Source of the DNA: Eubacteriales bacterium
GTDB lineage: Bacteria > Bacillota > Clostridia > Oscillospirales > CAG-272
Length of the DNA: 64,000 nt
NCBI GenBank assembly: GCA_045533675.1
Contig: JAZSIF010000023.1
Coordinates: 17,504 to 81,503 of the forward strand
Reading direction: 5' to 3'
The notes below the pieces were generated by a model. The model had not been told where the DNA came from, ran no database searches, and worked only from the letters and a program-made list of their open reading frames with translations. This document shows, one piece after another, positions 56,035 through 64,000 of this stretch (within the stretch, counting starts at the first letter, position 1; each line of letters starts with the position of its first letter). Made by a program: the position numbers and the translations under genes.

Positions 56035-57432
56035 ATGGAAGAAAAAATTTTGGAAACAACCCCCAGAGACCCTCGTGCCGAAATCCTGGCACTCATTCAA
56101 GAGACGAAAGACCCGGTCCTTCTGCGCCAGAAGCTGGAGGACTACCACCACAATGACATTGCCATTGTTCTTGAGGAGCTGAGCGAAGAGGAAGCCGATC
56201 GACTGATCCTTTCACTGGGTGTTGAGGGCATGTCCGATATCGTTTCCTTTATGGAGGATGCGGGAGATTACCTCTCCGCACTGGATACCGATGAAGCGGC
56301 AGACCTTATTGAGCAGATGGATGCCGACGATGCACTGGAGGCATTGGACGATTTAGACGAAGAAATTCGAGATGAAGTTCTTGAGAAAATTGAGGATGAG
56401 GAGATCAAAGAGGACCTTGCCCTTCTCTATTCCTACGAGGACGAGGAGATCGGTAGTCGGATGAGCACCAATTTCATTGCCATCCACCGCCATCTGTCCA
56501 TCAAGGAGGCGATGCGCACCTTGATTGCGGAGGCGGATAAAAACGATAATATTTCCACCTTGTTTGTCACCGAGGAAGACGGAAGCTATTACGGCACACT
56601 GGATCTCAAGGATCTCATTATTGCCAGAAGCACGGACTCTTTGGAGAATTTGATCAGTACCGCTTTTCCCCGTGTCTACGATAAAGAGCCGATCTCGGAT
56701 TGCATTGAGCGTTTGCGCGGATATTCCGAGGACCTGATCCCTGTTGTGTCCGAAAGCAATCTCCTCTTGGGGGTCATTACCTCTCAAGATCTTTTGGAGC
56801 TGATCGATGAGGAGCGAGGAGACGATTACGCAAAACTGGCGGCGCTCGGCTCGGAGGAGGAGAAAAACGATTCCCTGTTCGAAAGCATGAAAAAAAGAGT
56901 GCCTTGGCTGATCATTCTTCTGTTCCTCGGCTTGGCGGTTTCCGTGGTCGTTGGATTTTTCGAGGGAGTGGTAGATGAGCTTCCCATGCTGGTTGCCTTT
57001 CAGTCCCTGATTCTCGGAATGGCGGGAAACGTGGGAACCCAATCCTTGGCGGTGACCATCCGAGGCTTGGGAACCGATCGCTCCACTGTAAAACGGAATT
57101 CTTTTTTGATCATTTTAAAAGAAACAAGGATTGCCCTTTTGAACGGTCTTGCCCTCGGATTGATTGCCTTTCTGATCGTATCGGGCTATCTGTTGTTCTT
57201 TGGATCTTATCCCCTGTCCCTCGTTCTTTCGGTAGCGGGCTGTGTGGGTGCCGCCATGCTCTTTGCCATGATGATCTCAGGCTTTACGGGGGCGGCAATT
57301 CCCCTCTGTCTGTACCGACTCGGCGCAGACCCTGCCGTAGCCTCAGGCCCCCTCATCACCACAGTCAATGACCTTGTAGCCGTCATCAGCTATTACGGAC
57401 TTGCCTGGATTCTTCTTTGGAATTTCAGATAA
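56035..57432 (+). CDS. mgtE: Magnesium transporter MgtE
   Basis: Acidic N-domain, a CBS pair, and a C-terminal 5-TM domain (GNVGTQS, PLITTVNDL). Confidence 0.92.
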   Translation: MEEKILETTPRDPRAEILALIQETKDPVLLRQKLEDYHHNDIAIVLEELSEEEADRLILSLGVEGMSDIVSFMEDAGDYLSALDTDEAADLIEQMDADDALEALDDLDEEIRDEVLEKIEDEEIKEDLALLYSYEDEEIGSRMSTNFIAIHRHLSIKEAMRTLIAEADKNDNISTLFVTEEDGSYYGTLDLKDLIIARSTDSLENLISTAFPRVYDKEPISDCIERLRGYSEDLIPVVSESNLLLGVITSQDLLELIDEERGDDYAKLAALGSEEEKNDSLFESMKKRVPWLIILLFLGLAVSVVVGFFEGVVDELPMLVAFQSLILGMAGNVGTQSLAVTIRGLGTDRSTVKRNSFLIILKETRIALLNGLALGLIAFLIVSGYLLFFGSYPLSLVLSVAGCVGAAMLFAMMISGFTGAAIPLCLYRLGADPAVASGPLITTVNDLVAVISYYGLAWILLWNFR

Positions 57433-57473
57433 CAAACCAACTTCTCCTCCCATCGGGGGAAGCCTTTTGTATC

Positions 57474-57507
57474 AAACAAGCCCCGCTCTTTTGAGCGGGG
57501 CTTGTTT
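57474..57507. terminator. Bidirectional terminator (mgtE + / alr -)
   Basis: aaacaagccccgctc-tttt-gagcggggcttgttt. Confidence 0.85.
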
Positions 57508-57518
57508 GTATTCTGGTT

Positions 57519-58697
57519 TTATTCTTCCGAAACAAGCAGATCCATCACGTCGACAGACTCGCCGTCACGAAGGTAGATTCTTGGGACACGCTTGGCGACG
57601 TCACAGCTGATTTCGTAGTTGATGGTCTCATTGATCCGCGCCATTTCGTCGGCAGAACAGTTTTTGTCAGCTCCGAATACCATTACTTCATCGCCAACAG
57701 AGCACGGTACGTCACTTACGTCCAGCATCAGCTGATCCATGCAGACCCGTCCTATGATAGGAGCATATTTCTCCCCGATTTTTAAGGAATACCGTCCGTT
57801 CCCCAAGCGGCGGGAAAAGCCGTCGGCATAGCCGATGGGTACGGTTGCCACTCTGACGGGATGATCTGCTACGTAGGTTCTTCCGTAACTGACCGACTCG
57901 CCCACATCCAAGGTCTTGATATGAGAGATCACTGTCCTCAGAGTCATGACAGGCATCAAATCAGGAAGCTTGCGCACGTTTTGGGAGGGCGCAAAGCCAT
58001 AAAGAACGATGCCCGCCCGAACCATATCGAAGTGGCAGTCGGGGTGATCAAAGATTGCCGCGCTATTGGCGCAATGGCGAACGGCAAAATGAATGCCCCG
58101 TTCCTCCAGATATCGCACTCCATCGGCAAAGCAGTCCGCCTGCTTTTTCGTGTAAGCGTCCCCCGCCTCACTCTCGTCGGAAACGGCAAAATGGGTAAAA
58201 ATTCCTTCGGGAATCAAAGAGGTCATGCGACAAATCTCCGCTGCCTTCTCCCATTCCTCCCTACCTTTAAAGCCGATTCTTCCCATGCCCGTATCCAGCT
58301 TGATGTGGATTTTGACTGATACTCCCTCCCGCGCCGCCTCGGCGGCAAGCGCTTTGCCATATTCATCGGAATACACGCACTGCGCAAGCTTCTCGCGGGA
58401 GAGGATTCCCGCGCATTCGGCGGGAGTAAAGCCGAGAATGAGAATGGGAAGCGAAATACCCGCACGGCGAAGCTCCAGCGCTTCCTCAATATTGGATACG
58501 GCAAAACAATCGGCACCCAGCGCCTCATAACGCTTTGCCAACGTCACCGCACCGTGACCGTAGCCATCCGCCTTGATCACGCAACAGACCTTGATCGAGG
58601 GAGATACGGCATCTCTCACGGCACGGAAATTCGCATCCACGGCATTCAAATTGATCTCCGCCCACGTGCGTCGGCGGATTCCATATATGAACTTCAT
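57519..58697 (-). CDS. alr: Alanine racemase
   Basis: CCVIKADGYGHG (PLP-lysine motif). Typical length, with a C-terminal beta domain. Confidence 0.92.
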   Translation of the reverse strand: MKFIYGIRRRTWAEINLNAVDANFRAVRDAVSPSIKVCCVIKADGYGHGAVTLAKRYEALGADCFAVSNIEEALELRRAGISLPILILGFTPAECAGILSREKLAQCVYSDEYGKALAAEAAREGVSVKIHIKLDTGMGRIGFKGREEWEKAAEICRMTSLIPEGIFTHFAVSDESEAGDAYTKKQADCFADGVRYLEERGIHFAVRHCANSAAIFDHPDCHFDMVRAGIVLYGFAPSQNVRKLPDLMPVMTLRTVISHIKTLDVGESVSYGRTYVADHPVRVATVPIGYADGFSRRLGNGRYSLKIGEKYAPIIGRVCMDQLMLDVSDVPCSVGDEVMVFGADKNCSADEMARINETINYEISCDVAKRVPRIYLRDGESVDVMDLLVSEE

Positions 58698-58715
58698 TCT
58701 TCCTTACGTCCTTTC

Positions 58716-59468
58716 TTATCGAAACAACGTCATATCTTCCTTGTGAATCGCCGTCCGAAGAATGGTATACCACTCCTCAGTGGGATCCCCCGCGAGAATA
58801 TCCAAATAGTCCTTCATGGCAGTAACAAGCATTTCGGGATTCAAAAATTCTCCCACGTTTGCCTTTAAAACGACAGTTAGCTTCACGGTTTTCATTTTTT
58901 CATCGAACCGAGCCTGAACCGAGCGAATCATGGAAACAATGTCGATCTCTTTTTCTCCCGATTTGGTTTTCTTTACCATAATTAGGGGCGAGGTGGTCAA
59001 CAGCTTCTCAGAAGCCTTTGCTAAATTAGCATCGGCATCTGTCGTGTAATATTCGATCTCGTAGGAGGACCACGCGATCTCGGAAAAATCCGACTTCGGC
59101 AGATAGGCTTCCGTAATCTGAAGCTCCTCGGTCAACTCTCTGTTGAGCCGCGCCATGATTTCCTCGGGGGGCATGTCTCGATCAATGCGAAGGTCCAAAA
59201 ACTCGTATTCGCTCTGGGCACCGACACTCAAGGGCGTGGAAAACACCAGCTTCGCGTGTGGGTTAAAGCCCTTGGTATACCATACAGGAATGCAAGCGCG
59301 CACCAGTACTCTCATAAAAGTCCTTTGCAGGTCGAGATGAGAAATATATTGAAGCGAACCGACCTTGCGGAATTTGAGACGAACCGTCAAGGGACGCTCT
59401 AAAATCGGTAAGGAACGAAGTCTTTTCTTTTCTTCCAGCTTATTCACTGCTTTGCTTTCGGACAGCAT
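58716..59468 (-). CDS. Radical SAM-associated protein (TIGR03936/DUF2344-like)
   Basis: RLKFRKVGSLQYISHLDLQRTFMRVLVRA motif. It lies immediately downstream of the B12-binding-type radical SAM gene, which it overlaps. Confidence 0.7.
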   Translation of the reverse strand: MLSESKAVNKLEEKKRLRSLPILERPLTVRLKFRKVGSLQYISHLDLQRTFMRVLVRACIPVWYTKGFNPHAKLVFSTPLSVGAQSEYEFLDLRIDRDMPPEEIMARLNRELTEELQITEAYLPKSDFSEIAWSSYEIEYYTTDADANLAKASEKLLTTSPLIMVKKTKSGEKEIDIVSMIRSVQARFDEKMKTVKLTVVLKANVGEFLNPEMLVTAMKDYLDILAGDPTEEWYTILRTAIHKEDMTLFR

Positions 59469-61303
59469 GACCGCTCACCTCCCAGTCGATTAGCTCCGCA
59501 TCCACTGCATTTTTCCCGACAGTTGGGTGTGGTCGCCTCGGCGTAAGCGCGATCGCGCTCCCGTCTCAAAAATTCCTTGGTTACACCGCAATCAATGATG
59601 TCCCAAGGAAGGACCTCATCGAGTCCGTATGCTCGGTTTGCGTAGAATGCAGGGTCGATTTCCAAACGCTCAAGCACCGAGATCCAACGATCATAGTCAA
59701 AGCACTCATCCCAGGAATCAAACATGAATCCCTCTTTGCACGCCAACTCCAAGGCATCGGAGAGACGACGGTCGCCTCGTGCCAATACCGCCTCGATACG
59801 GCTGACCTTGGCATCGTGATGAGTATATCGAATTTTGCGATCGGTGATCTGACTGCCAAGGTAAGCCTGTTTCTCTGCCAAGGTTTCCAAGGAATCCTGC
59901 GCTTCCCACTGGAAGGGGGTAAAGGGCTTGGGAATGAGGCAGGACACGCTGATCGTCACCTGCGGCTTTTTGGTCTTGTTACGATTGGGACAATGATAGT
60001 ACTCGTCAATGACCAGGGACGCAAGATCAGAAATTCCTTTCAGATCTTCGTAGGTCTCGGTAGGAAGTCCCGACATGAAGTAAAGCTTCACCGTATTCTT
60101 ACCCGCCTCAAATGCCACGTGTACCGCGCGGAGAAGGTCCTCTTCACGAACATTCTTATTGATTACGTCGCGAAGACGTTGCGTCCCCGCTTCGGGCGCA
60201 AAGGTCAAGGAGGACGAACGCACCGTAGCGATCTTATCCATCAACTCTTTATGAAAGCTATCCACACGCAAGGAAGGCAAGGACAGGCTGACCATGTTCT
60301 CGTCGGTCCAAGACAGCAGCTCATCAGTCAGCTCCTCTAAATGGGTATAATCGCTGATTGAGAGAGAGGTCAAGGAGATCTCATCATAGCCGGTAGACTC
60401 AAACAGGCACTTCGCCTGCTCATTGAGAACCTCGGGAGACTTTTCACGGACAGGACGGTAAATGATTCCCGCTTGACAGAATCGGCATCCCCGAATACAT
60501 CCTCGGAACACCTCCAGCATAATGCGATCGTGCACCGTTTCAATATAAGGCATAACCACCTCTTTGGGAAAATAGGAGGTGTCCATATCCTTGATGATTT
60601 GCTTTTGAATCGTTTTCGGAATGTCGTCAAAGATGGGGGCATATTCCCGAATCGTTCCATCCTCGTTGTAACTGACCTGATAGAATGCGGGCACGTAAAT
60701 ACCGGGAATCGTTCTTGCCGCCTCATGGAGATATGCCTCCTTGGTATACCGTCCCTCCTCCTTCATGCGGATATAAAGACGGCAAAGGGCAGGAAGCATT
60801 TCCTCTCCCTCTCCGATGTTAAAGAGATCAAAGAAATCCGCCACGGGCTCGGGATTATAGGCGCAAGGACCGCCGCCGATGATGATCGGCATACTATCGT
60901 CCCGATCACGGCTGCGTAAAGGGATTCCCGCAAGGTCCAGCATATTCAACACGTTGGTATAGCTCATTTCATATTGAAGCGTAAACCCTACCATGTCAAA
61001 ATCGGTCAAGGGATCTCCGCTCTCACAGGCGGTCAGAGGAATATGATGCTCCCTCATTTTTTCCTGCATATCAATCCACGGATCATAGACTCGCTCACAC
61101 CAAACGTCCTGCTCTCGATTGAGGACGCCATAAAGAATCCTCACCCCGAGGTTGGACATTCCGATCTCATAGGTATCGGGAAAGCAGAAGGCAAATCTTG
61201 CTTTTATTTTTTCTTTGTCTTTGATGATCTGACCGAATTCCCCGCCCGCATAGCGACCGGGCTTGGAAACCGATTTCAGAATGGTACTCATTTTTTTATT
61301 CAT
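59444..61303 (-). CDS. B12-binding-domain radical SAM protein (TIGR03960-like), function unknown
   Basis: 619 aa. Radical SAM cluster motif CIRGCRFCQAG and a Cys-rich C-terminus CREKCSGCGA. Confidence 0.8.
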   Translation of the reverse strand: MNKKMSTILKSVSKPGRYAGGEFGQIIKDKEKIKARFAFCFPDTYEIGMSNLGVRILYGVLNREQDVWCERVYDPWIDMQEKMREHHIPLTACESGDPLTDFDMVGFTLQYEMSYTNVLNMLDLAGIPLRSRDRDDSMPIIIGGGPCAYNPEPVADFFDLFNIGEGEEMLPALCRLYIRMKEEGRYTKEAYLHEAARTIPGIYVPAFYQVSYNEDGTIREYAPIFDDIPKTIQKQIIKDMDTSYFPKEVVMPYIETVHDRIMLEVFRGCIRGCRFCQAGIIYRPVREKSPEVLNEQAKCLFESTGYDEISLTSLSISDYTHLEELTDELLSWTDENMVSLSLPSLRVDSFHKELMDKIATVRSSSLTFAPEAGTQRLRDVINKNVREEDLLRAVHVAFEAGKNTVKLYFMSGLPTETYEDLKGISDLASLVIDEYYHCPNRNKTKKPQVTISVSCLIPKPFTPFQWEAQDSLETLAEKQAYLGSQITDRKIRYTHHDAKVSRIEAVLARGDRRLSDALELACKEGFMFDSWDECFDYDRWISVLERLEIDPAFYANRAYGLDEVLPWDIIDCGVTKEFLRRERDRAYAEATTPNCREKCSGCGANRLGGERSCCPKAKQ

Positions 61304-63989
61304 GGGTCTTATTCTCTCGTCCTATTTTTTCGTTTTTGGTCTTCTTCTTTTGCATTGCCCGCTCTCGCTTTTTTTCCTGGGCTCGTTCTCGGCGCTCGTC
61401 CCGCGCGGTCAGCTCATCTGCGTAAGCACGTTCCGAAAAGTACAATCGTTTGGGGAAACTAAATTGAACTACACCGATCACAAAGAGAACGGGAAGCAGT
61501 CCGTAGAGTGCTATCCAGTATTCGTGAATCGAAGGCAGGATCCCGAAGCCAAACAAAAGCATGGTACCTAAGAGTCCGATACCGCTGAACACAAAGCTCA
61601 TCATCTCGGTTCTCCTCATTACCTTCACGATCCGTCGGCACCAAACCAAAGCCTCCGCCAGCTTCAATCTGGACAGTGTGGATACCATGCTTGCCTTTTG
61701 CACACTTGACTCTCCCTCTGTTTGCTGGTAATAAAGATCCACCGCGTTTTTATGCACCACACTGATGGGAGCAGCGTCGGCACGTCGCATGGCGCTGACA
61801 AATTCGGAATGAATGAGGGGATCGTAGGTCTCCACTACACAGTGAATGCCCTCGGTTGCCAGACGATCGACCAGCATCTCGAAAAGGGGATCGATCTCAT
61901 ATCGGGCATTCACCTTGGCACTGAGTCTTCCATCCAAAGATACGTAGAGGGTGGTTCGGTCGGACGGGTCCTCACTTCTTTGGAACAAGAGTCCGTACTG
62001 CTTCATAAAGTCGTAATTTCCTACGAGCAATACGCTCTTTCGGTCGACAAATGCCTCTACACCGCCGACTCCGATGCGGTGAATTCGAATGCTCTTGGCA
62101 CGGTATGCTTCGGGCACACGTTCAAAGATCTCCTTCATGGGACCGCCCACGTGGGAATACAGAATCTCAAGTGCCGCCATAACGGCTGTTGCATTGGTTT
62201 TATCGTAAAATACGATTCCCGTATCTTCCATGCGGCAAAGACGGAACAGATGAAGATCACGGAATACAATGACATTGCACTCAGCATAAGTTTCCATAGA
62301 GGTAATATCGCCCAATGCGCTTCCCCGCTTGCGCATCCACGCGGCAGAAGTCCACAGGGGAATGGCAGCGGCTGCTACGGACGTCAAGGGCAACGTGACA
62401 AAGAGCATGATCATCGCCGCCGCACACGCATCGGCAATGCTTTTCTCAAACGCCATCCCCACCACGGCTGTGGCGATCACAAGTAAAGAAATCGGAAGCA
62501 TCGCCCCTCTTAAAAAGCGGGTATGTACAGAGATTTCCTCCGAATCCACATCAAACTCCACGCCCGACGAAACCATAGCGGGAAGATAGATCCTCTGATC
62601 CCGATTCATTCCTCCACGATACATTTTTTCAGCCAAGGATTGATTTCCGTCGGATGGAATCAAGGTATAGCGAGCATCCTCCGAACACATAATCTCCAGC
62701 AAATGAAGCTTGCGGCGATGCATCAAATATTCGGTGAGAAACACGCAAAGCATAATGAGACTGCTGACAAAATGAAACATGGACGGCAGGATCGTTTCGG
62801 GCATAAAAATGGCAAGTGTCACGTCGTACAAAACAACAAATGCCAGCATCACAAACAATGCCGAATACAGATCGGGCGATCCCTTAAACAGTTTTTTCGC
62901 TCCGTGGAAAAGAGGTCTCCACAGAAATGCGGCTCCAAATACCAGAAGCTGAAGTCCTACCAAGAGATATGCTCCCGGGAATTCAACAAAATCAAGCAGT
63001 CCTGACAATTCGGCTTCTCCGAATGGAATCGCATCAAAGAGCAGGAGAAGAACCGTGATGACCGATACGCCGATCACCCGAAGCAGAAATTTTTTGTCTC
63101 GTTTCTTTCGGTCAAGATACTCTTCCTTCAGGTCGATTCGTTTTTGGGAATCCTCGACGGGTTCCTCTTCAGTGGTCTTACGGAGCAATTCGGGGATTTC
63201 ATCCTCGCATCCCAACTGCTCCATCAGTCCTAACAACGCATCGGACAGTTCGGGCTCGGTATTTGTTCTTTCCTCCAAAATCTCCGTCTCCTCCTCGTCG
63301 AAGACATCCATCAAGTTTTCCAAAGGAAGTGACTCCAGCGTCTCTTCAGGAGGAATAAATGCTTGCTCTTCGTCTGTAAGAAGTTCTTCCGCCAATTCCG
63401 CTTGCAGCTCCTCTACGCTATGTTCACCCGATTCCTCTGTTGTAAAATAATCGGAGATTTCGGCTAAAAATGCGTCAAGCTCCCGATAATCGTTTTCCTC
63501 AGAAAAAGCGTCTTCTTCCTCGGTAGAAAGGGGATCTTCTCCCTCAAAAGGAAGCAACGTCTCCTCAACAGAAGCCTCCTCTTCCACTTCTTCGGCAAAA
63601 GGTTCCTCTTCCACGGGAGGAGCTTCTTCCTCTTCTTCGGGAAGGTCTGCTTCCTCCTCTACGGAGAATTCTTCTTCCTCTTCTTCGGGTTCTTCGGGGA
63701 GCTCTGATTCCTCCTTTGCGGGGAGTTCTGCTTCCTCTTTGGAGCGTTCCTCCCATGGAGCAAGCTCTTCATCCTCTGTCACCGAATTTTGACGGTCTTT
63801 TTCGATTTCTAACTGAACATCATTAAAAAAATCCGGATCAATGGCGTACGCATCTTCTGCGGATGCTTCTTGGGAATCACTCTTTTTCCGTCCTCTTCCT
63901 TTTTTCCGCGAATCTTCGGTTACATCCTCCGATGCCACAGATTCCTTCAACAATCGCAAGAGATCGTCAATGCTTTGTTCTTCACTCAT
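61296..63989 (-). CDS. Membrane protein with degenerate P1B-type ATPase architecture and ~300-aa polyacidic N-terminal region
   Basis: 897-aa ORF with SD GGGAGGA. VIVFRDLHLF occupies the position of FDKTGTLT, TLPLTS that of the CPC helix, and ETYDP that of TGD. The N-terminus is Glu/Asp-rich low complexity. Confidence 0.75.
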   Translation of the reverse strand: MSEEQSIDDLLRLLKESVASEDVTEDSRKKGRGRKKSDSQEASAEDAYAIDPDFFNDVQLEIEKDRQNSVTEDEELAPWEERSKEEAELPAKEESELPEEPEEEEEEFSVEEEADLPEEEEEAPPVEEEPFAEEVEEEASVEETLLPFEGEDPLSTEEEDAFSEENDYRELDAFLAEISDYFTTEESGEHSVEELQAELAEELLTDEEQAFIPPEETLESLPLENLMDVFDEEETEILEERTNTEPELSDALLGLMEQLGCEDEIPELLRKTTEEEPVEDSQKRIDLKEEYLDRKKRDKKFLLRVIGVSVITVLLLLFDAIPFGEAELSGLLDFVEFPGAYLLVGLQLLVFGAAFLWRPLFHGAKKLFKGSPDLYSALFVMLAFVVLYDVTLAIFMPETILPSMFHFVSSLIMLCVFLTEYLMHRRKLHLLEIMCSEDARYTLIPSDGNQSLAEKMYRGGMNRDQRIYLPAMVSSGVEFDVDSEEISVHTRFLRGAMLPISLLVIATAVVGMAFEKSIADACAAAMIMLFVTLPLTSVAAAAIPLWTSAAWMRKRGSALGDITSMETYAECNVIVFRDLHLFRLCRMEDTGIVFYDKTNATAVMAALEILYSHVGGPMKEIFERVPEAYRAKSIRIHRIGVGGVEAFVDRKSVLLVGNYDFMKQYGLLFQRSEDPSDRTTLYVSLDGRLSAKVNARYEIDPLFEMLVDRLATEGIHCVVETYDPLIHSEFVSAMRRADAAPISVVHKNAVDLYYQQTEGESSVQKASMVSTLSRLKLAEALVWCRRIVKVMRRTEMMSFVFSGIGLLGTMLLFGFGILPSIHEYWIALYGLLPVLFVIGVVQFSFPKRLYFSERAYADELTARDERRERAQEKKRERAMQKKKTKNEKIGRENKTHE

Positions 63990-64000
63990 AAAATCCTCCC

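Overview
This 64-kb window looks like a core chromosomal segment of a Gram-positive Firmicute, most likely class Clostridia. The evidence is PolC, an rplU-prp-rpmA operon in which L27 carries an N-terminal propeptide, a long-form HPF, and the gene order. I ran no similarity search and did not compute GC content. Family names come from motifs read in the translations.

Most genes are on the minus strand and are housekeeping. In window order they are:
- mutS (partial), a ylbF-like gene and miaB.
- rpmA-prp-rplU, then a pair of M16 peptidases, lgt and folD.
- polC, followed by the ispG-rseP-dxr-cdsA-uppS-frr-pyrH block.
- sfsA, a Na/Pi cotransporter, rplS, yebC, argS, ybaK and recN.
- argR-nadK-tlyA-ispA-xseB-xseA, a Kae1/TsaD-like gene, and nusB.
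- hpf, mgtE, alr, and a TIGR03960/TIGR03936-type radical SAM pair.

Two tRNAs are present, Val-CAC and Lys-UUU. Many SigA-type promoters close to the TTGACA-17-TATAAT consensus and clear intrinsic terminators are visible. I found no CRISPR array, transposase, integrase or recognisable defence island.

The observations most worth a second look are:
1. An anaerobic ribonucleotide reductase module. It runs nrdG, five phased NrdR-like boxes, nrdD with a fused C-terminal thioredoxin-like domain, then a TrxB-like flavoprotein that lacks the NADPH HRRxxxR motif.
2. An mgtE leader that carries a well-initiated 34-codon uORF. The uORF overlaps an antiterminator segment, and a terminator downstream also sequesters the mgtE SD.
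3. An SPFH plus Arc/RHH operon whose promoter is overlapped by a perfect 25-bp palindrome.
4. An 897-aa membrane protein with P1B-ATPase architecture. All of its catalytic motifs are replaced, and it has a polyacidic N-terminus of about 300 aa.
5. Three paralogous polytopic membrane proteins within about 10 kb.
6. An approximately 850-bp stretch after the trxB-like gene that contains only broken reading frames and a nested 94-bp inverted repeat.
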